Assembly: GCA_047495785.1 (NCBI GenBank)
Contig: JBLDXI010000074.1
Span: 930,001-994,000 of the forward strand
DNA from: Lepidodermella squamata
Lineage: Eukaryota > Animalia > Gastrotricha
Reading direction: 5' to 3'
Length of the DNA stretch: 64,000 bases
In this document: piece by piece, positions 24,869 to 38,371 of the stretch
How positions within the stretch are numbered: the first letter of the stretch is position 1
Layout of the letters: the number at the start of each line of letters is the position of its first letter
Made by a program: the position numbers and the translations under genes
The notes under the pieces: model-generated
What the model was told of the DNA's origin: nothing
Seen by the model: the letters and a program-made list of their open reading frames with translations, nothing else
Database searches by the model: none

Positions 24869-25821
24869 TAATGAAATTTTATAAGTTTTCTGAAACATCT
24901 TGTGGGCTTTGTCGAGTTCTGCGATTATTCATGTATCTTAAAATGAACCTAATAAACCTCGCCTAATAAGCTGAGTTTCACAAGGTTTGAAAATAAAAGC
25001 TATTTTCGATATAGGTATCCCAACATGAAGCCTCGTGGACATAGGAATATTGGCCGCGCGCATGGCAATATTACGCCGATAGCAAATTTAGATCAAACCA
25101 TCCGCTGTTCAGGCAAACAAGCAAAAAACTTTAATCCACTGGCAGATTAGCGGTATATGCTCGGAAATTTATGTGAAATGAACGTCGATGCTATGTGCTG
25201 CTCGTAATAAAGACTACTGACGACATGAATAGAATTAAAAACCTCAAAGGAAGCAAGAGGCAAGAAAGTAAAGCTCAAGCTGCGAGGGGCTGGGGCTCCG
25301 ACCAACAGAAAAGTATTCCAACTTTTCACGTGAAGACATTAACCGGTAGCGAATGTAATCTCAACTTTGACAAGGCGTGTTTTTGTTCAAATGTGATGAA
25401 TGATCGTTGAAGCCCGAGCTTTAGCAAAACAATCGGTAGCCGTTAGCAGCTTATAGCGCCTTTATTCTAATTCCTTTAGCGTCCAGCATCCATCGGCTCT
25501 GATATATAGTTCGAAATAATACGGCAAATTCAAGAAGGGTCGAAATTAATAAACAACCTAAATGTCAGCCAGAGATAGCATATAGGTACATCACAAGAAA
25601 ATCTATCATGTGCTTTGTGTTCAGTGCTTTGTTGCGAGACACTTACGTGCTCCTCTTTAAACCTGGTTTTCGCCGGAGTTTGAGGGAGTTCTGCGGTTGA
25701 ATTTGGTAAAGAACGCACATTTTAACTGGTCATACATGCGGTTTCCATCGGTATAAATTTGATCAACTGAATGAAAGGTTACATTCGCCCTAGCTAATTT
25801 ATTTGCTAATCGAGAGTAACT

Positions 25822-26028
25822 ATATCGTTAGCGACGCGCCAAAACAACCACTTTGATGACTCATTTGATCGTACTTTGACGAGCCGAACGTAAAGAAGGA
25901 GTACGTTCGGCTTTTTGAGCACTGATCGTACTCATCGTAATTTGAATTTACGTTCAAAAGTCGAACGTACTTTCCATAAAAAAGCTATAAATAGTAAAGT
26001 GGTTGTTTTGGCGCGTCGCTAACGATAT
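25822..26028. mobile_element. MITE (~207 bp)
   Basis: ~33-bp TIR atatcgttagcgacgcgccaaaacaaccacttt and its reverse complement; internal palindromes. Confidence 0.75.
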
Positions 26029-26403
26029 TCATCATCGGCAAAGCCATTATCCTTTTGTTTTAACGATAGCGAATATTTCACCCTATTTACCTCTTTTACA
26101 TTCTTAAACTCAGCGAATGAAAAATAAGACATTAAAAATTTAGGCTACCTCCATATTGTTTACAAGCCAGCATTTTGTCTTTTTGTGCAAACGAATTTTT
26201 TATAAGATTTTAGCGTAGTACATATGAAAATTTGTACAAGAAGCCGATGCTGCTTCCTCCTTTGTTTTTTCATTCACGAAGTGCATAAGCTTCCCCGAAT
26301 CACATGAATGCATGCGAACTAGAGTTTGAACAGTTGGCTGTAGGAGCAATACTAAGCAGCAAAACTTCATCATCATCTTTTTATTTATAATCTTCGATCT
26401 ACC

Positions 26404-26721
26404 ATGAACAAGATCCTCCTTCTCACTCTTGTGGTGGTGAGTTTTACATCAGCATGATATCGTTTGGATTGATACCGTTTCATTTTACAGGCTTTCGCTG
26501 CTGTGTTGGCTGTATCGGCAGAGGAGAAAAAGTCCCGCAAGCCTAGCGGTTCAGCGGTCAAGGCCCATGCTGCTAACAAGAGCGGCCAAAAGGTCGGAAA
26601 GATTAGCGAGAAGATGGCCAAGAAGTTGGGCGAATTGCTCAAAAGGAAGCCCTTTGTCAGCAAGCCAGCTTTGCGCGAGGTTGACTCCGAAGAAGCGTCA
26701 GCTAGACGATGTAATTACTAG
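26404..26721 (+). CDS. Secreted cationic peptide precursor, family A copy 1; exons 26404-26436, 26491-26721
   Basis: Signal MNKILLLTLVV|AFAAVLAVSA, Lys-rich core with amphipathic KVGKISEKMAKKLGELLKRK, acidic tail LREVDSEE. The phase-0 signal-peptide intron is conserved in all three paralogs. Confidence 0.85.
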
Positions 26722-27431
26722 CTGAGCGATAGGGCTGTGAAACACTTGCTGTGTAGAGCCGATCGGCTGTGAGGAGTGATCGATTCAAATGATGAGCCTT
26801 TCCGCCATGGTGGGTATTTTACTGTTTGCTTTTTTGTGTGAACGTAGTGCTACAGTGCTTTCTTGAAATACATCAGCTATCAGGTGCAATCATATGAATA
26901 AATTATAACGGTAGCATTTATTTGAAGGATTCTTGTTACTGTATTTTACACTGAAACACGAATCAAAGTCACTGAATCCTCGGGAAATCCTCCAGCTTAT
27001 CAGTCGCATTATAATGCCGATAGTCAGAATGTCTCAGCTTCAGAATTAAGCTACCGTGGCCAACTTGTGGCCAAATTAGCTACTGTTGACTAGACCTGAT
27101 CCAGAATCCAGACGCGGCTGAATTTGTGGAAGGTTAACACTTGGCATTTCTAACGTCATAGCTGCGCAGGAATTACGCCTTCGCCGCGGTTTGGAACTGG
27201 CCATCGCGCAGTCGCATCAAAGCGTACCCATGCGTACCAAAGCATATACATCGCCGATCGATAGCCGATTCATGGCGGAATTTATTCTTCTTAATATCGA
27301 ATAGCAGGATAGGCAGGTCCAAGCCAGGAAAGGAAAGGAAAAGAAAGTTTCTAGCTTTTCATTTTACCCTGATCCTTGATGCTCTCTCTTCTCTCTCTTA
27401 AATTCTTCCCCTGGCAATTGGAAAAAATTAA

Positions 27432-28342
27432 GCACATTTCCCCATCCGCCGGTGTTTCCTCCGCGCGCGCGCTCCTATTGGCTGGGCCTTGTTGCGCAAC
27501 AACTGAGATAATTACAGCCTTCGTGCGCGCGCGCGCACGGATAAGAGCAAAGACGGCTGCGCCCTGCGCTGAGTCAGCGAAATGCTTTCAAGAAAATAAA
27601 AAAGCTTAAATTAAGGCAGATTTTGTTGTCGAAAAACTTGACAAAATATGGATTATCATGTATTTTGTTCGTATTTACCGATCTATTGAATAGAAAATAG
27701 AAAATAATGCGCGCGCAAATTAGAAAATTCAAATTTTAACTAACAAATTGCGAAAGCGCGCACGAACTATTTTCGGTGATTTTCATCAAAATATAGCTTG
27801 AGACTCCAACCATTTGATTATTTTCGCGCTACATCGAATTGATTAAAAAATGTTTCTTGCCCTTGAAAGTTTATGCCTTTGAAAAGTTACCGCTCATTAA
27901 AGCCGCTTATAATATAAAGTGGATGTAAAAATTCCTTAGAATGATCAAAACTCAAGCGCTTCTAAAAATGTAGAAAAATTGCGAATTCACGAAAGCGACA
28001 TAATATCATGATGAACCATAGTGGCGCGATTTTATTTTGCTTGGAAATATTTTTGAGCGCCCTGTCCATTTTAAGGCATCATTATTTCTCGCATATCTTC
28101 TTGATTTGCAATTTTTTCAAACTTGATACTAATTGAAAAATGTACTCTCGATGCGCGCGCTTCACATGATATACTGGACTTGTTCAATTCGGGCTAGCTG
28201 ACTTGTGGTTTTCTTGTGATTTTGCAGCGCGCGCGTAGAAAGCTGCAATTATTTGTTGCGCAATAAATGCGCGCGCCGTGCAATTACGCGTACCAATAGG
28301 AGCGCGCGCGTGGAGGAAACACCGGCGGATGGGGAAATGTGC
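27432..28342. mobile_element. Non-autonomous Mutator-like element (911 bp)
   Basis: ~50-bp TIR gcacatttccccatccgccggtgtttcctcc...; perfect 9-bp TSD aaaaattaa at 27423-27431 and 28343-28351. Confidence 0.9.
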
Positions 28343-28626
28343 AAAAATTAAAGATAAAGCTACTGCAAAATTCTATTGTTTGCAAGCCAGCATCGCATTT
28401 TTTACTTCTTGTGTAAATACATTTTTTATGCGGAATTTTGACAAGCCGATGCCACTTAGCCTATGTCTTACTGCTTTATCATTCATCGGTTCCCCTGACT
28501 CATGTTAATTCTCGTGTACTCGAGTTTGAACAGTTGGCGAAGTTTACCCTGGGAATGCCTATAACAGCGCAAGGCTGAGCAGCAATTTTTCATTATCATC
28601 TCTTCGTTTTAAATTTCCTATCTGCC

Positions 28627-28950
28627 ATGGACAAGATCCTCCTTGTCACTCTTGTGGTGGTGAGTTTCACATCAGCATGATATCGTTTGGATTGATACCG
28701 TTACCTTTTACAGGCTTTCGCTGCTGTGTTGGTTGTATCGGCAGAGGAGAACAAGTCCCGAAAGCCTAGCGGTTCAGCGGTCAACACCCAAGGCTCGAAC
28801 AAGAACGGCCACAGGGGCAACCACGCCGCCAACAAAAACGGTCAAAAGAAGCGCCACAATAGCCAAGCCAAGGCTGCGCCGACGGTTAAGTTCGCTTTGC
28901 GCGAGGCTGCCTACGAAGAAGAGATAGCTCGTGATATTAGGTCGGGATAA
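28627..28950 (+). CDS. Secreted cationic peptide precursor, family A copy 2; exons 28627-28659, 28714-28950
   Basis: Same signal/intron; Asn/His/Gly/Lys core; tail LREAAYEEE; TATA at ~28560. Confidence 0.85.
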
Positions 28951-29609
28951 AAACCAAGCGCGAAGCTGCCTTCGAAGAGGAGGTAGCTAGATAAGCCCTG
29001 AATTGATATTCTCTCTTGCCGGAGGCTTTAAGTTCTTTTCATTCAGAGATGCTCCGTGCTCCGTGATGGATCCCAGTCGCCGATTCCCGAAAAAACATTG
29101 CACGACTATCCGAATTAACTCAAGGTTTCATAAAATCGGCACAGCTCGATCAAAAATACCGCAAAATCATTCCGATCAGACCTTCTCTGTGGGCGCTCAA
29201 AGTCAAATTTACCTGTTGATGGCGCCTTATTGACCTAATTCCCAGGTAAGAAAAATGTCCCGTAAAGCCTTTTCACCATCCAACCTCAAATCCTGGAATC
29301 CATTTTTCAACAACGAGAATTTTAAATAAAAGTCACGGACGGCATTTTCGTCATCAATTGTTTCCCCTCGAACCGCATCCTAACGATAATTTGAGGATGA
29401 CAGTTCAGCCCATAATACATTAAATATGACGACGTTTCAGCCGACGACAATACAGCGCCAGCTTAAACTGTCATTTAGCTGCTGACGTTCAGAATTGCTT
29501 AGGGTTTGCTTAGCGCATTCTCCACCTCCAATACAACCCTAACGATTACTGGTTCCATCTCAAATATACCCCAGCATATATTTCTAAGAAATAAGGTATT
29601 AGGGGTAGT

Positions 29610-29737
29610 TAAGGTTGAATTGTCGCAGGCTAAAATGTCGCTGTTTTTTTAAATATGGGCTCTTATGTCGCGGGCTGAATTGTCTTCCAGCTCAATTGAC
29701 TGGGCTGAAAGGTCGTGGGCCTAAATGTCATACGACC
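29610..29737. repeat. Short ~15-bp subrepeat array (gggctgaattgtc-like), probable transposon end
   Basis: About six degenerate units such as ggttgaattgtcgc, ggctaaaatgtcgc, gggctgaattgtc, gggcctaaatgtc. Confidence 0.45.
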
Positions 29738-31852
29738 GATGTCACCGATGTTTCAGGTGGGGCAATCGGTCCTGGTCTTTCTGATGGCGTTATCCGTTTC
29801 CGCGTAGGATTCGGACCTATTGCGCCACAGGTAAAAATTGACAAAACCGTAAAAATTTCGGGCGCCTCGATTTCGCTTCCCTCGGGCACCTCATTTTCTC
29901 ACTCTGACATGCTCCGACGTTCACATTGTATTTTTAGAATTTTTTAAAATCATTTTGGAATCTAATGAATTAATGAACCGATCTCATTTTCATCTTTTCA
30001 TCATCGTTTTTGATTTTTTCAACCGAGTTTTCAAAATATTGTAGAGTGAGATTGCAAATTTATCTTCGAGACGATTCGGCCAGGTATGGACAATGCGCTT
30101 TTATCCGCGAATTTTCTCTCTTACCAATCGCTGCGGCATGGCGGCTATATTGGATTGTTGCACAGCTACGACGGGCAGTGACAATGATGCAAAAAAATAT
30201 TCCACACAAAATTTGAGGCGCACAATAAGTGTTCGTAAATAATTCATACGGTTTCGGTGCGTCAAAATGTAGGGTAAAACGTAACGATTTTCAATCAACC
30301 GCTTTTTTACTCGAGTCATGTTAGCGCGCACTGGCCTACTTACTGCTATATACTCGGTTGTGTGAGCTCATTAGTACAAGATCAAGGCGTTCGAGGTGAG
30401 GGAAAGCAGATTTCTCACACCTAAATACTACGCTATGAAACAATGAAGCAATCTTTAACGTATTATGAACGAAATGCCGAGAAAAATCATATATTCTAGA
30501 AATATTTAAAACTTTGGCTGTGGCTGGAAGCAGGTAATTTTTCTAACTTGATATAGATTAATTTTTTCACTTGGGTATGGGCCCAAACTATTTTGATTTT
30601 AAAATTTCAAAAAAAATAAAAAAATTTGCAACATTTCATTTTCAGTAAACAATGCGGGTATACGAAACGAATAATGCATGCGCAATCGACTTTCTGGCGG
30701 CATGAAAAAGTAATAAAAGTCACGCGCATATAGGCTATATAGCGTGAAATTTATAATGTCAAAATAACGTCAGCGTATAGGCTGAATCCAACCTATATAG
30801 CCGTGCAATTTATTGAAATGACCTATGCTAATATATGTAGCGTGTTAGAATAGAATCGACTGATTTTTTTTTCAAGCGGCAATCATGCGACCGATGAAAT
30901 TTATATAGGTAAATAAAAGTGGTCGCATATTTTGAAAATGTTTAGAATTCTTTGTAATATTTCCTAAATTTCACGTCGGCTTAATACACTATCAGCTATA
31001 TACTTGTGAGCATGCGAAAGTTTTACTCTTGTGCGATTTGTTGTGTGCTCTTCTGAAATATCCGTTGATGTCCTTCCGCGACAGAGTCACACCCACTCGC
31101 AGTCAAAATCACCCTAAATTATTTCTTTAACAAAGAAATCGGTGATTATCGATTATCGATTTTAAAACAAGCTAATTTTGTTATATTACTTCCAGTACAG
31201 CATGCGCTAATTGATATTTTTCCAGTTACTCAGCTCAATTTTAGGGAACACGCCAAGAGAAATATTAGCGCCAGGAATATAGTATCTTTATAGCTGCAAA
31301 ATCACGTGATTGCCGCGCTATTCGATTGAAATCATATTAGGCTAATTTCAAGGCTGCGCTTAATACTCGTTTTAGTATGCACAATTCTGATATTTATAGC
31401 TATTTACTCATGTGTGAGTATACTAAAATAGATCCTGATGCCCTATAGCCTTAGGCGAGCTTATGTTTTTCAGGTGTTGCGTACAGAGCCAGAAATGTCT
31501 TTCAACTGCATTGAATCATCGACTGAATCATCTCAGTCTTGTACATGACATGCAATCATCTGGGTGTCGAGTGTTTTTCCGGCGCTATTTCAACAACAAA
31601 ATGTTTCACGCGAACTCGCGCGTTTAGACTATGAAATGCAAAATAATAAAATTGGTTATTTTGTTGCTCTAATTTAAAGGTGAGAAACATAGTTTCAATT
31701 AGTAGGCGCGACAATTCTGTCGACTAATTTCTCAATCCTGACTAATTTCTTCACGCACCGCTGAGCATATTATATTTATTCGAGATTAAAGACTTGAACC
31801 AAATATTGATATAATATGGACAGAAAATTCTACAGTTTTTTCCTTAATAATC

Positions 31853-31976
31853 CAGAGTTGTCCTCGGGTCTGAAATTTTGGACCCGATCCGAATCGGACT
31901 TCGGAATCCCAAACCGGGATCCCATACCCGATCTGATCAGTGGTCCCGGAACCGATCCGACCCGGGGACAACTCTG
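31853..31976. mobile_element. hAT-type MITE (124 bp)
   Basis: TIR cagagttgtcc(t/c)cgggtc; 8-bp TSD taataatc/aaataatc (1 mismatch). Confidence 0.8.
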
Positions 31977-32350
31977 AAATAATCATCAGATACCAATAGA
32001 GGATTGTATGAATCGCAGCACAGAAAGGACCATTTCTTGCAATGAGTGCGGCACGCGTCCACTTTAGGCTGCCTAATCCGCTAATAATTAATATTATTAA
32101 TTAATTTCAAAATTCAAACACCGATTCCACAGATTCCTCTGACTTTTCCACATTTTCGGATTTTTCAATTTTTCAAAAAATTAATTTATGCAGTTCGAGA
32201 ATTTTTGTCGACCGGTAAATGTTTTGTTTTGATTTTCCGATTTATTTCTGGGTTCCTTCTGGCTTATTTCTGGGATTGTTATTTGCTAAATTATCTCTGA
32301 ACAAAGCAAATGTTGCTAAGCAAAATAATCGGAAAATCAAAATAAATTAA

Positions 32351-34406
32351 GGAAGTGGCTATATACACCCCCCAGTGGGTGTCAATAACTGACTATTTAC
32401 ACCCACTGGGTGTCAATAACTTGCTATTTGCACCCACCTGCTGGGTCGCATTAACTTGCTATTTACACCCACCAGTTTATAGCTAATCTTCAGCTATTTT
32501 CACAGGGTGGCTATGATTTTAAGCTGTCTTTTCAGAGAGACTGTTATCGTTTTTGGTTTTGTTTGTTATTGCGATAAATTTCGTCCATCTACAAAGAGTC
32601 CATGTGATACATGCCAGTAGCAAGAAGTGGTACCTGTTTCATATCTAACATTAGTTCAAAACTCCTCAATCATCGTCCGTCTTAACTTAGGTTACGATTT
32701 CTTCTCATTGATAATTCTTCATAAATTTACGAACAGCTCTATAGGCACCTGGTTTCCAATTATGCGAAATTATTTGTCGCATTACCATATCGTTAGCGTC
32801 GTTGAATGATGACTCGGATTTAGGCTTATTTAGTTTACTTCAGTTTTAAGGTGATGGGTGACAAGTAAAAGGTGGCGTTTTTCGCTTCGATTTGACGCAG
32901 TTTTTACGTCATCTTCAAACTAAAAAATAAACAACCCAAATCCGAGTTATTCAACGCCAATAACAATGCGCAAGCTCGCTAGCACGTCGGTATTTGTCGC
33001 TTCGGTATCGCGACATTTTTCACTCGCGAGTTTTTTCAGCTTCAGGAGGGCGTCAAGGCTTGGCCGTTGCATATATCGGCCCAACGTTTTGCAATTTTGA
33101 AGTTCAAAATCAGGTCTATTCACCATAAAAAGGGGAGTCCGATATGAAGTAGTACAGCCGGAGAAAAGCTTTGCCCAAAATTGGTGGGTTTGCGAGAGCA
33201 GAGTGCGCATTTTGTGCGCATTTTTTGAAAAGGTCCTGCTTAAACGCTAGCTTAAAGAAAACCGCTTCGAATTCATGTTTCAAGTTTCTAGCGTGAGTTT
33301 CCCATCTTTTACTTATGTTCTCTATGACTTCAAGTCTCACGTGATGCGCATCATGTGTAATTCTTCAACGAAAATTCTTATAATTCATCTATTTTTCTCT
33401 GATAAGGTTTCCGAAACTGCCCTAACCCTGGAATATAGATTTTGATTTACCGATTTTTTATCGAGAAGACGGCTGATCATCCCTAACGTCTGATCAATGA
33501 CCCCGCTAATACGTTTTGATCCCTTGCGAATTTTCGGCGGATAAAAGCGGATAAAAGCTGGTTAGCCGCGCAATATTGATAGTCTCGAAACCGCCACATT
33601 TAAAATGTGTTTTCTGCTCCAACAAACTTGTTCGCTTTGCCCATGAGCAATGTTATTTTCTTCGATTCACTGTCGTTAATGCAATGTAGGTTTTTGTTGA
33701 CTAATTTCACCGTGGCAGCAATTATAACATCGCGATAATTGGTGTAATAATGTCAAGAACTTAAATCGGAAATTCATGCAAATCTATGATACTTCTTATG
33801 CCAGTATATTCTAGCTGTTAGATGCTGCGATTCTCATTTTTTGTTGAAATTATGAATTTCGGCTATTGTCTACTTATGAAACTTTGATTTAATCGCATGT
33901 AATAAGAAACCGGCAATACGGGTTATTGCTTCCTCTCGATGTGTTACGTGTATATGATTTTTGACGTCAAGATAACGGAATCGCTAAGTAGTGAATGATG
34001 CTGGTCGCTGAGATAATTATTTGGAAAGCAGATTTGGAAAGCCAATTACTCACATACCTAATAGCTCAACTTTACTTGAAATGATATTATGAAAGCTGAA
34101 AATCACAGATTATGTTGGGCTCATAATGGTCCAAATACTAAGGCTATTTCCATTTCAACACCGCAACACAATTTCTCATGAACATTAATGCCTTATTACC
34201 TTCAAAACTTAAATTTTTACTGTTTTCTGAGCTAAAACTAAGGTAAAACCAGTGGGTGTAAATAGCAACTTAACGCGACCCAGCAGGTGGGTGCAAATAG
34301 CAAGGATTAGACACCCACTGGGTGTAAATAGCAAGTTATTGACACCCAGTGGGTGTAAATAGTCACTTATTGACACCCACTATGGGGGGTGTTGTTAGCC
34401 ACGACC
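32351..34406. mobile_element. Mutator/foldback-type non-autonomous element (2056 bp)
   Basis: ~130-150-bp TIRs built of ctatttacacccac/gtgtcaataac subrepeats; perfect 9-bp TSD ataaattaa at 32342-32350 and 34407-34415. Confidence 0.88.
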
Positions 34407-34742
34407 ATAAATTAATTACTCGGCGAATTTCATATATTCAGATAAGAGACAATTTCCAAAATGGATAAACTGAATTTTTTTTTAAAACGTAGTGCCTATA
34501 TTTGAGAAAGAATTATGTGGTATATAATGGCCACAGGTGTGCTACACTTTTAATAGCCTCCGAATTAATTTGTAGACAGATTTTTATACAGAGCATTATA
34601 CAGAATATACATTTCACCAACAGTTAAGCTGCATTTTTATTTTTTTAGTAAAAAATCCTAGCTATTTCCTTGCCTGTATTGTTGCAATCATTATTATTCC
34701 TAATATTGCTCAAGGCTATAATATTTGATTATTTGTAGCCTG

Positions 34743-36280
34743 ATGGCTGTTGGCTGGTGTCGGCGAATCGGCTTCCTTAGTTTCGCCTTGCTTCTTATGC
34801 TATTATCAATTCGATTTTTACCATCGACATTACCTCGAGACATACCTTCATTGCTGAGGCCATGCGAGTCTCATAACGAAAACACGGGAATTATCTCGAA
34901 TTCTATGCCTGAAAAGTCCCCTCACGCCAATGAAACTGCTAAAAATCAGGGAAATATCGACATTTCCGATCTGAAAGCAGCTTTTCCCAAAGCTGTCATT
35001 AAAGTGAGGTAAGACAAATTAAAAATTCTAAGATTTTTTTTCTAAAATTGTTTCAGGACTTTGAATGTAACTGGTCGTTGCGAAGCGGTGAAAGGCCGTC
35101 GAATTTTGATTAATTACGCTTCCAATTGTTGCAAAAAATCTCAGCCGAAAAACTGTGATACAGCGATAGGAATTGGCGGTTTTGATGTCTGCATCATGTT
35201 CAACGAACAATCACTGGATGACGACTTTAAAGCTCGAAATTCAAAAACTTTCAATGTTTCAACCGGCGGCGGATACTGGCTATGGTAAATCACTAAATTC
35301 TGTAAATTTCCTAGAAAATCTGGAAATCAATCGTAAAAATAATTTAAATTTGTTAAATTATCAAATATGTCGAAATGGTTTCTAAATGAAAGGTCCGAAC
35401 TCACGAATCTCTGAGGGTATCCCTCACTTGCGTATCCAAACTAAAGGTTAGATTCAGGGTTAGGGTTAGGGTAAGAGTTGACAATTAGTTCTAGATTAGA
35501 TGCGCAAGTGAGGGAATTTTTAATTTTTTTTTTAATTTTTTGAAGCTTCATTAAAATCTGGAAATTTCAGAGTCAATGAAAGGATTTTTTGTGTTTTTTT
35601 TTATAGGAAACCCTACTTGATTTTCCGAATGCTCTACCTCATCAAAGAAGAAGATGTATTATTTTACGCCGACGCCGGTACTCATCTTATCGCTAACATC
35701 GACCAAGCCCACGTTTGCCTGCAGCATGAACTCAATCAGGACATTGTCGTATTTTCGGTAACTGTTTGTAATCCTTACCGAACTTTTCACAAAATTTTTC
35801 AATTTTTTCAAGGACGCACATCCCGAACGCCGTTTAACGAAGCCCGACGCGTTCGTGCTGATGGATGTCGATAGAAACAACCCGAAATTTGCTGATTCGA
35901 ATCAGTTGATCGCGGCCTATTTTCTAGCTAGAAAATCGCTCCAATCGCTGCGGTTCGTCGGCGAGTGGCTGACCTATGCTCAAGATTATCGAATAATTTC
36001 GAATGACAAGAGCGTTTTCGGCGAGCATCCGCCAGATTATCGCGGCCATCGCAATGATCAAAGCATATTGAGCCTGTTGAGCAAAAAATGGGGCATCGAA
36101 GCGTGGCCGGACCCGTCTCAATGGGTTTGATTAATTTTGTTCAATTATCGCGCATAATTTTCATGATTTTCAATTTGAAAATTACAGGGTGAGAGCGGCT
36201 TCAATTTGGCGAGGAGACAATTGGACAAGTTCAGGCTGATATCTCGAACTTTTTTCGCGCATACTCGCGATAAATCTTGA
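34743..36280 (+). CDS. Type II membrane glycosyltransferase-like protein (GYWLWKP/HRxDQS family), copy 1; exons 34743-35008, 35057-35284, 35607-35757, 35813-36124, 36188-36280
   Basis: Motifs GGGYWLWKPY, LFYADAG, TKPDAFVLM, EWLTYAQD, HRNDQSILSLLSKKW, DPSQWG; five exons in phase. Confidence 0.85.
35420..35515. repeat. Small inverted repeat enclosing TTAGGG units (intron 2 of GT copy 1)
   Basis: tccctcacttgcgtatc ... gatgcgcaagtgaggga flanking gggttagggttagggtaag. Confidence 0.65.
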
Positions 36281-36721
36281 TGAAAAATTGCTGTAATTTA
36301 GAGCTAGAAATCAAAACCTGTGCAAATGATCTATACCTGTGATGCTTTTAATAAAAGATTATGATATCTATTTTGCTAGCATTTTATCTTTACTTCCAAA
36401 CAATTCCAACTTTCAGAAATTAAACTGATTAGCAAAATTCGATTGGATATGAAATCGCTGGGTTTCAGTTGATGGAATATGGCTCTGGGGATTGGCAAGT
36501 AGTTTCAAAGTTTGCAATTTCCAAAAGCTCTGGTTTTCTAAAATGAAAAAGGAACGCTGCATTTTTTATAAGCAGTACAAAAACAAACAAAGCCCAGCTA
36601 AGTCTCAATTCAGGTGCATTTTTCAACAATGCAGGCACTCCAAAAAGTCTATTCATTCTCACCTTAAATGAATTTGCATAAGAACTGAAACTTTCTCAAA
36701 GCTTTGCGCTGCCAACTCTGA

Positions 36722-38057
36722 ATGAAAATGTTTATGCTAAAACCTACAAACCTTTTGGTTTGGAAGATTATTTTCGCTTCAATTTTTCTAATCCTGCTCT
36801 TGAACTATTTGAACTCATGTTCGAAATATGATCGCAGTCCTATTATTTCCGCGTCAGATTTGCGAACAGTTTTTCCAAACGCCGAGTTTCGTTTCAGGTG
36901 AGCTTCTGTTTTATTTTCGGAATTTTCAGAACATTAATGCAGTTTATTTTCGAAGAAAATCTGAAGTAACAGGCCGATGCGCTCCACTTGATAAACGGCG
37001 GATATTAATTAATTATGCGTCGAATTGCTGTCGAAAATCGCAGCCGCTCAACTGTGAAACAGGCTTGGAAAAAGGTGGCTTCGATGTTTGCATCATGCTG
37101 AATGAAAATTCACTCGATGAGGAATTTCGACTTCGGAACAAGGCGATTTTGAAAGAGCGACAAGGCGGTGGACTGTGGTTATGGTACTTATGCGCGATTG
37201 TTTTTTTCAGTTTAAATATTTCCATAATTATTTCAAATTTTTCTCTCCGTAATATCGACTTTTTGAAAATTTTCCAATATTATTATAATTTCTCACATTT
37301 CTTCAAGTTACATTACAATTTTATTCACAGGAAACCATATTTGATCCTGAAAACGCTTTATGCAATGGACGACGGCGATATTTTGTTTTATGCGGATTCT
37401 GGGACTCAATTTGTTGCAAATGTTGACGAGGCCCATGTTTGCCTGCTTCATCACCTCAACCAAGACTTTGCCGTATTTTTAGTATAGATTTTTTTATTTA
37501 TTATTTGCCAATCCCTTCTGACTATTCCAATTTCAAAAGTTTACAATATAAATTTCTTTGTCGAATTTATTGTCGAATTTTTTCAATTTTAGGATTCTCA
37601 CCCGGAAAGATATCTGACAAAAGCTGATGCTTTCGTTCTAATGGGCGCAAATTATTCCGACCCGAAATATCGCGACGAAAATCAAGCAATTGCCGCCTAT
37701 TTTCTGGCTCGAAAATCTTTTCAATCGATTCGCTTCGTATCCGAATGGTTGACTTACGCCCAGGACGAGCGAATTATGAGCAATAGCCGAAGTCAATTAG
37801 CCACAGAATCGCCAGATTTTTACGCCCATCGCAATGATCAAAGCATACTGAGCCTGTTGCGTAAAAAGTGGGACATTGAAGCGTGGCCTGACCCTTCGCA
37901 ATGGGTAATTATTCTTCGAATTTTATTGAAATCAATTTGTCTGAAATTGAATGCCCAATAGGGTGAGAAAGACGTTTATCTGAAGCAGCTTCGTCAAAGT
38001 GATCGGTTTCGACTTATTAAAGGGACGTATTTCAATCACACAAGGGATAAATCGTAG
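36722..38057 (+). CDS. Glycosyltransferase-like protein, copy 2; exons 36722-36897, 36956-37183, 37331-37481, 37593-37904, 37962-38057
   Basis: TM anchor LLVWKIIFASIFLILLLNYL; same motifs and same four intron positions as copy 1; ends HTRDKS. Confidence 0.85.
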
Positions 38058-38371
38058 AGCTTGAACCAGTTTGGATTGATAGTTTCGATCGGCACCTGAG
38101 CCTCTAGTCTTCTATATTCACTTCAGACTTTGGTTTACACTATTTTTCCATAATAAATCAAGATCAGTGGAAGATCTTTTAAATTTTGATTTTGATGAAA
38201 TACCGCCCAAATGTCTCCAGTTCAAGAGATTGTGGTTATCATGAAGCTGGTGACTGAACGTTAAAAACAAAAAACAAATGGAAACAGGGACATGAATGAT
38301 TTATTTCATAGCATATCGCTTCAACTTCAAGCATCGTAATAGTTGGAAAAAAACAAAGTAACGAATCCGGA

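Noticed and set aside
32375-32475. CRISPR-like repeat array
   Set aside because: No unique spacers, mirrored at 34250-34400 as a TIR, eukaryotic context.
35457-35476. Telomere or telomere-targeted LINE site
   Set aside because: Only about three units, intronic, and 9 kb from the LINEs, whose flanks lack TTAGGG.
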